From contig JBHLOY010000002.1 in assembly GCA_048939995.1 (NCBI GenBank), positions 64,001-128,000 of the forward strand: 64,000 nt of DNA, read 5' to 3'. The translations under genes and the position numbers were made by a program. Below, in pieces: positions 57,073 through 64,000 of this stretch. The first letter of the stretch is position 1. Each line of letters begins with the position of its first letter. Source of the stretch: Promethearchaeota archaeon (lineage in GTDB: Archaea; Asgardarchaeota; Lokiarchaeia; Sigyniarchaeales; SOKP01). The notes under the pieces were generated by a model. It did not search any database, was not told where the DNA came from, and saw nothing but the letters and a program-made list of their open reading frames with translations.

Positions 57073-59520
57073 TTAGAAAGTTAATGTCATTAAACTTTCA
57101 GCTACATCCATAATGTTATTATAGCGGAATAGCATAGGTTTGTATGTCCAAGTCTCATATAGAGGTAATTGATCGTAGGCGTGATTAAATTGTCCCATAT
57201 AATTCACAAAGCCACTTTGACCAGGAGGAATCACATCTACACCATGAGGTGGGGCTTGTTTAGTTAAATCTTTCCATTTCCACTTTGGCATCTCCACTAT
57301 ATGATTATAAGTGCCTCGATTCATTGAATGCATTCTTAAAGCTGGTTGACCAAATAGAGGGTTACTTAGAAAACCTTGAGGGCCAAATGTCGTAAGACGA
57401 ACTGGAGTAAGCCATGTTGAAATAACTGGACCATATTGTATTTCTAATTCAGCAAGAGCTTCTTTTAATACTCTGACTATTAAAACATCTCGATCCTCCC
57501 CATTAAGATAGTCATAATTTAAAGGCAATTTTGAATTTTCCCCATCAAAAACGTGAAGTAATGTACTTGGATCTACACCAACTCCAGGAGGAAGGTCATC
57601 ATCAAATACCTCATTATCAACTTTTGAAAACCACTTATCGAAGATTGTGAGCCCTGGATCATCATATGTAGCACTAGGATCAGGATATACTGGATCTATT
57701 ACATCATTATAATGCCAATTCCATGATTCAAGAACTTCAATAACTTCAAGGGGAATAGATGAATCTTTTTGAGCAGCATTTATTAAAAAGTCTAGGAAAT
57801 GCATTCCTCCAAAATGTGCATAACCAGTGTCCCGGTTGATATTATTCATATCTTCAAAAGTTAATTTACCTCCAGTTGCAATCTGTTCTTGGATCCATTG
57901 AACTCCGTGAACTTCCCCCCAATCAGCTTCCTTATAAGGCCAATTGGCCATCGGTTTATTATTCCAGTTTGCTAGGTAACCTTGTGCGGGATTAATTGAT
58001 TTCGGGATCTCATCAAATCCAGTGACACCTAACCATTCTTCTTCTCCGGTGCCCCATAATGGAAATCTATCATCAATTACTCTTCCATTTCTTCCTGTAG
58101 TTGGTCTTTTTGGAAAAGCCCCACAATGCCAATATCCAATATTCCCGCGTCTATCTATCCAAAGAAAGTTATGACCCGCTGTTACGACTCTCGTTGCATC
58201 GTCAAAATCAGAGATACTTCTTGATTGTTGAAATAATAACCAACCTTCTTCAGCAGCTAACTCATTCATATAGTAATCTGCTTTCATAGAATAACATCGA
58301 TTATTATCAATATCCCATGCTCTAATGGGACCATGAACCGTACGATAAATATCTCTATCTTCATACCCCATTTTCTTGTACCCGTAAATTCTTTCTGTCC
58401 TCTTTTCCATATCAACCCATTCGCCATTATACAAATATTGATAAGGATTTTCAGGATTTAGCACTTCTATATAGGTATCAATTAGATCAGAAGAACCTGT
58501 GGTTGATGTCCAAGCGCCAAAATCACTTGCACCAATTAAAATGGATGGAGCATGAGGCATCATCATCCCAACAGCATTAATCCCTGCGCCGTGCAGACCT
58601 ACCTCTAAAACTATCTGAGGAATTGAATGTCCCATTTGCGGCCCTCCAACTTGCATAGTATTTCCCGTTTTAGATTTTTTTGGACGTACAATCCACGCAT
58701 TGCTACCAAATTTGGTTGGCAATCCAAGGGATTCAGACAATTGTTCTTGCGCTGTGGTAGCTCCTATAACTTGCTCATAGATTTCGTCAATATTGGTCGG
58801 GAGGGCAGGGATGCTACTTTGGATCGGACCTTTAGGATAATGGCTTCCCTTACTTGGAATTGTAGTTGGTGCTCCAGGATCTACTTGAGGATATAGATCG
58901 TTAAAGATTGCCCATGCTGTATCTTCATCATATGTTGTATTTAAAGCTTGGAAGCGTGCAGCATAACCGAGTTCTCCTCCACCAGTTCCACCAAATCTCC
59001 AGGCCATCATTACAACAATAGCCACGCAATCTTCAATTGTAAAGGGTTCGATAGGAAGATCTAATAATAAATATTCAATTGGTATGAGGGTGGGATTCAT
59101 ACTTGCTTCAAAAATGTACTGATTAATCCCATCTACGTATGCCAGCATCATTTCTTTTAACTTTGCTTCAGGTTTAATTGGAACCCATTTATTGAAAATT
59201 TCTAATAATTCTTCCCTACTATAACCTAAACTTCTAGTTCTATAATCTGAATCGATTGATGCAAATCCAAATTCGGCTAAACTACCAAAAGCATCTCTTC
59301 GGTATAGATCTGCTTGCCACAATCGATCTTGTGCCATAGCATATCCTGCACCATAAGCTAAACCTTCTTTTGAATTTGCAAAAATATGAGGAACACCATA
59401 ATTATCTCTTATAATTAAAATTTCATTATTAGCGGCAGATACCGGAGCCATTGGGATTAACCCTAACATAAATACTAAAGATAAAAATAGTGTTAAGATT
59501 TTTTTTTTCATAATTTTCAT
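57073..59520 (-). CDS. Secreted penicillin acylase family (S45) Ntn-hydrolase
   Basis: Signal peptide, RDNYGVPHI, AQDRLWQ, nucleophile GSNAW, ANWNNKP. Confidence 0.92.
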   Translation of the reverse strand: MKIMKKKILTLFLSLVFMLGLIPMAPVSAANNEILIIRDNYGVPHIFANSKEGLAYGAGYAMAQDRLWQADLYRRDAFGSLAEFGFASIDSDYRTRSLGYSREELLEIFNKWVPIKPEAKLKEMMLAYVDGINQYIFEASMNPTLIPIEYLLLDLPIEPFTIEDCVAIVVMMAWRFGGTGGGELGYAARFQALNTTYDEDTAWAIFNDLYPQVDPGAPTTIPSKGSHYPKGPIQSSIPALPTNIDEIYEQVIGATTAQEQLSESLGLPTKFGSNAWIVRPKKSKTGNTMQVGGPQMGHSIPQIVLEVGLHGAGINAVGMMMPHAPSILIGASDFGAWTSTTGSSDLIDTYIEVLNPENPYQYLYNGEWVDMEKRTERIYGYKKMGYEDRDIYRTVHGPIRAWDIDNNRCYSMKADYYMNELAAEEGWLLFQQSRSISDFDDATRVVTAGHNFLWIDRRGNIGYWHCGAFPKRPTTGRNGRVIDDRFPLWGTGEEEWLGVTGFDEIPKSINPAQGYLANWNNKPMANWPYKEADWGEVHGVQWIQEQIATGGKLTFEDMNNINRDTGYAHFGGMHFLDFLINAAQKDSSIPLEVIEVLESWNWHYNDVIDPVYPDPSATYDDPGLTIFDKWFSKVDNEVFDDDLPPGVGVDPSTLLHVFDGENSKLPLNYDYLNGEDRDVLIVRVLKEALAELEIQYGPVISTWLTPVRLTTFGPQGFLSNPLFGQPALRMHSMNRGTYNHIVEMPKWKWKDLTKQAPPHGVDVIPPGQSGFVNYMGQFNHAYDQLPLYETWTYKPMLFRYNNIMDVAESLMTLTF

Positions 59521-59668
59521 CTCTTTTTAAAGGATTTACTTTTTTTGTTAAATTTTTTGTAAGATCATTTTTGATTTCGATGTATATAAATCTTTTTATT
59601 AGAATAATATACTTAATAGATTCAGCAATCCCATTTCTTTTTAAATATAAAAAAGGACCTTTAAATCT

Positions 59669-59914
59669 TTATTTTTCCCAAGATTTCATTACCATATGGG
59701 TATTAGAGATTGTAATTCCATTAATCATATCAATTTTATTCGCAAATATTTCAAATAATTCTTCAGGCGTTTCTACAATAATCTCGGCTAACACATCATA
59801 ATCTCCTGTTAATGACATGATTTTGGTAATTTGAGAGATTTTTTTTAACTCCTCAATTACTGGTTTTATTACACTGGTTCCTAATTTAAATAATATAATC
59901 GCTTTTATTGCCAA
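59669..59914 (-). CDS. Stand-alone Lrp/AsnC ligand-binding (RAM) domain protein
   Basis: 81 aa with LTGDYDVLAEI and no HTH. SD GGAGGAG precedes TTG. Confidence 0.85.
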   Translation of the reverse strand: MAIKAIILFKLGTSVIKPVIEELKKISQITKIMSLTGDYDVLAEIIVETPEELFEIFANKIDMINGITISNTHMVMKSWEK

Positions 59915-59934
59915 ATTTAATTACTCCTCCTTTA

Positions 59935-61239
59935 CTAGTTTGACATTTTTTCTATTTGATTTGTAAACAAAATTTCTATATTTTGAATATCATTTAAAGG
60001 TTTTAACCTTAAATCTACTAATTCATAAAAATCTTTTATAGAACTTATTTTCACATTCAGAAGTAAATCATTAGTCCCAATTAAAGCATAGGTGGAAGTC
60101 ACTCCGTAATATTTAAAAACTCGCAAAGCAATTTTATTCATTGAGCCTTTTTTTATTTTTAATAGTAAAACAGCTTGAACTAAATTCTTTACTTCGTGTG
60201 AGTATCTCAGTATCACCGTGGTAATTATTAAAAATATTACAATTATTAACAATTCCATCGGAAAGTATTCATTCACAAAAATAACGGAAAAGATAATTGA
60301 TCCCATAGGATCAATTAGATTTAGTATGCTACTCCATTGACTATAAGTTAAACTTTCTGGTTTCCAATTAACATTAGCAATGAAAACCAGAAGATAGGGA
60401 GTAATTGTTGAAAAAATAATCAAGAAAATGATTTCCCATCTACTTAAAATCAGAAATAGATCTGGAAACTGCTCAAAGAATTTTACTACTTCAAGAGTTA
60501 AATCCGTTTCTACTGGTAATAAATAGATAATTAATACAAATGGAATCATAAATATTACTCCAATTAAAAAAGAAAATGCCATTTTAACAAGGAATCTCGG
60601 AATCTTGTAATATTTATTCTCATTAATTTTTGTAATCTCATCTTTCGAATATGCATCTCTATTTATACTAATGTAAAGAAATGAGATAGTGACACTAAAA
60701 ATTAGCAGGTAAATAGCACCATTTAACGAAATTGGGGCTCCTGTCGTTCCTACAAATATAAGAAGGATAATAGTGAACAATAGAATTATAATATAAAGTG
60801 TTTTAAAAATGTCGAATTTTTCAAAATTCACTCCTTTCTCATAGATAGCGATAAAAATTATACTGAGCAGGAAGCCCACCATTGTAAATGTAATTGAAGT
60901 TACCTTTAAAGTTAAAAAGAAAAATATAATATGAAGTATTATTCCAAAAAAACCGAGATATGTATAGTAAGAGATGTTCTTCTTATTGAAAAATCTTCTA
61001 TTTTTATGAAATAAATTTTTAAACAAAAATCTTAGCGAAATTGATTTGTTTTCAGTTAATTTATTATTAATGAACACTAAAAGTACTGCTAGCACTATTA
61101 ATGTAAATCCTGAGATTAAAAATCTTAGAAAGATTACCATTATTATAGAAACTTCTATAAATAATTCAGAGACTACAATTGGAATGAAACTCCACAACAG
61201 ATTTGCCAAGATTATATTAATAATTAATTTGTTTTTCAT
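59935..61239 (-). CDS. EamA/DMT-type transporter fused to a C-terminal Lrp/AsnC RAM domain
   Basis: About 10 TMs with the DMT-like ANLLWS...FLRF start; C-terminal ALIGTNDLLLNV RAM motif. Confidence 0.75.
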   Translation of the reverse strand: MKNKLIINIILANLLWSFIPIVVSELFIEVSIIMVIFLRFLISGFTLIVLAVLLVFINNKLTENKSISLRFLFKNLFHKNRRFFNKKNISYYTYLGFFGIILHIIFFFLTLKVTSITFTMVGFLLSIIFIAIYEKGVNFEKFDIFKTLYIIILLFTIILLIFVGTTGAPISLNGAIYLLIFSVTISFLYISINRDAYSKDEITKINENKYYKIPRFLVKMAFSFLIGVIFMIPFVLIIYLLPVETDLTLEVVKFFEQFPDLFLILSRWEIIFLIIFSTITPYLLVFIANVNWKPESLTYSQWSSILNLIDPMGSIIFSVIFVNEYFPMELLIIVIFLIITTVILRYSHEVKNLVQAVLLLKIKKGSMNKIALRVFKYYGVTSTYALIGTNDLLLNVKISSIKDFYELVDLRLKPLNDIQNIEILFTNQIEKMSN

Positions 61240-61445
61240 CCTTTCAAACTGCTTTCTAGTACTATTCTTTGTACATAAATGAATAAAGATTATAGAATTT
61301 CTTAAAATATGAATCTTTTTGTTGAAGTATTTTACTAAATCCCATCAAGTTCCCAAATCCTCTTGATATTGAAAATCGAAAACTTTAATCTTAAATAAGA
61401 TTTATAATTTAATGAATTTCTTTAGAAAAAGAGAATTGTGATTTT

Positions 61446-62705
61446 ATGCCAAGTTCAAAAGATTATATTGAAATGGATGAAATTTATTGCGCTCACAATT
61501 ACCATCCCATTCCTGTTGTGATCTCGAAAGCAGAAGGAGTTTGGGTTTATGATCCTGAAGGAAATAAGTATTTGGATTGCTTATCAGCCTACTCTAGCCA
61601 AAATACTGGACACTGCCATCCAGAGATAATAAAAGCTTTAAAAGAACAAGCAGATAAAGTAACTCTTACGTCTCGCGCATTCCATAACGATGTAATGGGA
61701 CCATTTTTAAAGAAACTATGTGAAATCGTAGGTCCTCATATTAATGACCCAAAAAAGATTGGAATCATGGCTCTTCCAATGAATACAGGCACTGAGGCTG
61801 TGGAGACAGGGCTAAAAGTCTGTAGAGCGTGGGGTTATATAAAAAAGAAAATTCCGAAGGATCAAGCCCATATTATAGTTTGTAGAGACAACTTTCACGG
61901 TAGAACTATTAGTATTGTGGGGATAAGTACTGATATTGCTGCTGTAAAGTATTATGGTAATTTTGGACCATTTACTCCCGGTTTTTCAATAATCCCTTAT
62001 GGAGATGCAGAAGAATTGGAGAACAAAATTTTAGAAATAGGTCCAGAAAGAGTAGCAGGCTTTCTTTTTGAACCTGTACAAGGAGAAGCAGGAGTTAAGG
62101 TCCCTCCAGAAGGCTATATAAAGAAAATAAGAGAAATTTGTACCAAATATAATGTTTTAATGATTGCAGACGAAATTCAGACCGGTTTTGGAAGAACAGG
62201 AGAATTATTTGCTTGTGATCACGAAAATATAAAACCTGACATGCATCTATTAGGTAAAGCCTTAGGTGGAGGAGTTTATCCCGTGTCTGCAATTGTTACT
62301 ACAAAGGAAATCGTTGGACCTGATGTAATAAAGCCGGGGACTCATGGAAGTACGTTTGGAGGTAATCCTTTAGCTAGTGCTATAGCCATGAAGTCGTTAG
62401 ATATTCATATTGAGGATCATTTAGCTGAAAGAGCTAAACAATTGGGTGAATATTTCATAAATGGGCTTAAAAGAATTGCTGAAAAAAAGACAATTGTTCC
62501 AATAAAGGAAGTTAGAGGAAAAGGTCTTCTTTTGGCTATCGAATTTACAAGCGATGCAAGACAAATCGTTGAGATGCTAAAAGATAATGGAATCTTGGCT
62601 AAAGATACGCATTCTACTATCATTCGTTTTGCTCCACCTCTTATAATTACAAAAGAAAATATTAGTTGGGCTTTAGAAGTCATCGAAAGTATACTAGTTA
62701 AATAA
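61446..62705 (+). CDS. rocD: Ornithine--oxo-acid aminotransferase
   Basis: AHNYHPIP, LSAYS, LTSRAF, EPVQGEAGV, DEIQTG, GKALGGG, HGSTFGGNPL. Confidence 0.92.
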   Translation: MPSSKDYIEMDEIYCAHNYHPIPVVISKAEGVWVYDPEGNKYLDCLSAYSSQNTGHCHPEIIKALKEQADKVTLTSRAFHNDVMGPFLKKLCEIVGPHINDPKKIGIMALPMNTGTEAVETGLKVCRAWGYIKKKIPKDQAHIIVCRDNFHGRTISIVGISTDIAAVKYYGNFGPFTPGFSIIPYGDAEELENKILEIGPERVAGFLFEPVQGEAGVKVPPEGYIKKIREICTKYNVLMIADEIQTGFGRTGELFACDHENIKPDMHLLGKALGGGVYPVSAIVTTKEIVGPDVIKPGTHGSTFGGNPLASAIAMKSLDIHIEDHLAERAKQLGEYFINGLKRIAEKKTIVPIKEVRGKGLLLAIEFTSDARQIVEMLKDNGILAKDTHSTIIRFAPPLIITKENISWALEVIESILVK

Positions 62706-62805
62706 ATAATCTTTTCTTAATTTTAGATTGGATTCAGATACCTTTTTGTTAATCTATTATTAAATTTTTCCTATTAAGTTAATAGGCATAATTTTGGATA
62801 AAAAA

Positions 62806-63717
62806 TCAAAAATAAAAAGATGTTCCCGCATTTCCCTCTAAAGCATCTTTTATTTTTTCAATAGACGTAATAATTCCTTGCTCTCCCCCAGACTCTAAGA
62901 AATTTATTAAAGATTGTACTTTAGGTCCCATACTTCCTGCAGGGAACTGATCTTCCTTCAAATATTTTTTTGCTTCTGCAACTGAAATTCTATCTAAAAA
63001 ATATTGATCAGATTGTCCGTAGTTCAACGCAACTTTTTCAACATCAGTAGCAATTAATAAAATGTCCGCTCCAATTTGCTCAGCTAATTTTGCACTAGCT
63101 AAATCTTTATCAATAACAGCTTCAACACCATATAATCTCTTCTCTTCTTTTATGACTGGAATACCACCACCTCCACAAGCAATAACAATCCAACTTCCCA
63201 ATTCCATTAATTTCTTAATCTCACGCCATTGATAAATTTTAATAGGTTTAGGAGAAGGAACAACTCGACGCCAACCTTTTACCGTTTTTACTTGATTTGG
63301 ACCAGTCTTAACTGGGTAAGCAGGCCCAATTGGTTTAGTAGGATGTCTAAAAGCAGGATCATTAGGATCAACCTTAACATAAGTTAATACAGTTAAGAAA
63401 AATTTTTCTTGATCTAGACCGATCTGCATAAGCTCTTCGTCTAAAGTACTCTCGATCATGTATCCGATCTGCCCCTGAGTCTCCGCAACCAAGATTTGTA
63501 AGGGTCTTTTTGCTACAAATTCAGTAGCTTCTTGCTGCAACAATAATCCACCGATTTGGGGCCCGTTACCATGCGAAATTATGATATTATAATGCCTAGA
63601 AAGCCCAGCTATCTGCTTCATTGGAGCCCTTAAATTCTCCATCATTTGCTCAATAGTTCCTTCCTCTCCTTCTTTAATAAGAGCGTTTCCTCCAAGAGCA
63701 ACTATTAATGTTTTCAT
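62806..63717 (-). CDS. arcC: Carbamate kinase
   Basis: ALGGNAL, HGNGPQ, PTKPIG, RRVVPSP, GGGGIPV, VIDKD, GSMGPK. Confidence 0.95.
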   Translation of the reverse strand: MKTLIVALGGNALIKEGEEGTIEQMMENLRAPMKQIAGLSRHYNIIISHGNGPQIGGLLLQQEATEFVAKRPLQILVAETQGQIGYMIESTLDEELMQIGLDQEKFFLTVLTYVKVDPNDPAFRHPTKPIGPAYPVKTGPNQVKTVKGWRRVVPSPKPIKIYQWREIKKLMELGSWIVIACGGGGIPVIKEEKRLYGVEAVIDKDLASAKLAEQIGADILLIATDVEKVALNYGQSDQYFLDRISVAEAKKYLKEDQFPAGSMGPKVQSLINFLESGGEQGIITSIEKIKDALEGNAGTSFYF

Positions 63718-63925
63718 AACATGCTTTTAATTAGAAATTTTGAATCCAACAAATTGAGTTTTATTTGACTATTCAAAAAATTAATTTAGTTTTTACATTT
63801 TTAAAAATTTTATGCATATTTTTAGGATAAAACTATCATACTTTTCGCTTAAAGGACAAATTCAAGTTTTATGTTTAATTTTTAAATCCTAATATATAAA
63901 AATCGAAAAAAAAAAGATTAAATAA

Positions 63926-64000
63926 TTATTCGGGTTGCTCTTTTATTCCTAAATTGGGAACAAAATCAGGAAGTGGATTAAAAAAGTCCTCCTCATCTAA
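63926..64000 (-). CDS. C-terminal end of an unidentified gene entering from beyond the window
   Basis: Open minus-strand frame LDEEDFFNPLPDFVPNLGIKEQPE* ending at TAA 63926-63928. Confidence 0.45.
   Translation of the reverse strand, partial: LDEEDFFNPLPDFVPNLGIKEQPE

Noticed and set aside
1099-62683. Many short antisense or overlapping ORFs in the track (e.g. 1099..1371, 5811..6089, 11631..11954, 27243..27527, 35260..35601, 62417..62683)
   Set aside because: They are shadows of well-supported genes on the opposite strand or in another frame, with no recognisable motifs.
1-64000. CRISPR arrays, tRNA/rRNA genes (including tRNA-Sec), IS elements
   Set aside because: I saw no regularly spaced repeats, GC-rich cloverleaf or rRNA-like segments, or transposase ORFs. 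Intergenic regions are short and very AT-rich. A tRNAscan or Infernal run would be needed to exclude small RNAs fully.

Overview
A low-GC (roughly 30% by eye), gene-dense archaeal window, most likely from an Asgard archaeon of the Lokiarchaeia. This assignment rests on a Rab-like GTPase, archaeal GGTGA/GGAGGTG ribosome-binding sites, Hdr/Mvh/F420-type redox genes and eukaryote-type SECIS hairpins. Four main stories emerge. (1) Selenocysteine recoding that the ORF track misses. hdrA (2 in-frame UGA), mvhD/vhuD (2 UGA) and a peroxiredoxin-like gene (UxxC) are each split or truncated in the track. Two near-identical eukaryote-type SECIS elements sit in 3' UTRs, and one of them appears to serve four UGAs across two cistrons. 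(2) A divergent redox island: AOR, ferredoxin, HdrA, MvhD, an FdhB-like subunit and a polyferredoxin on the minus strand, facing NfnA and an FrhB-NfnB fusion on the plus strand. (3) A bacterial-type lysine fermentation cluster (kat, kce, kdd, kamA, kamB, kamD, kamE) of the aminotransferase (Kat) variant, among other peptide and amino-acid catabolic genes (M42, M20, GGT, penicillin-acylase family, rocD, arcC). (4) Repeated evidence for AUA/AUC/AUU start codons behind good SD sites. There are also two GNAT genes broken at poly-A runs and two pseudogene remnants. I recognised no rRNA, tRNA, CRISPR array or transposase. All assignments come from motif recognition by eye; no searches were run.
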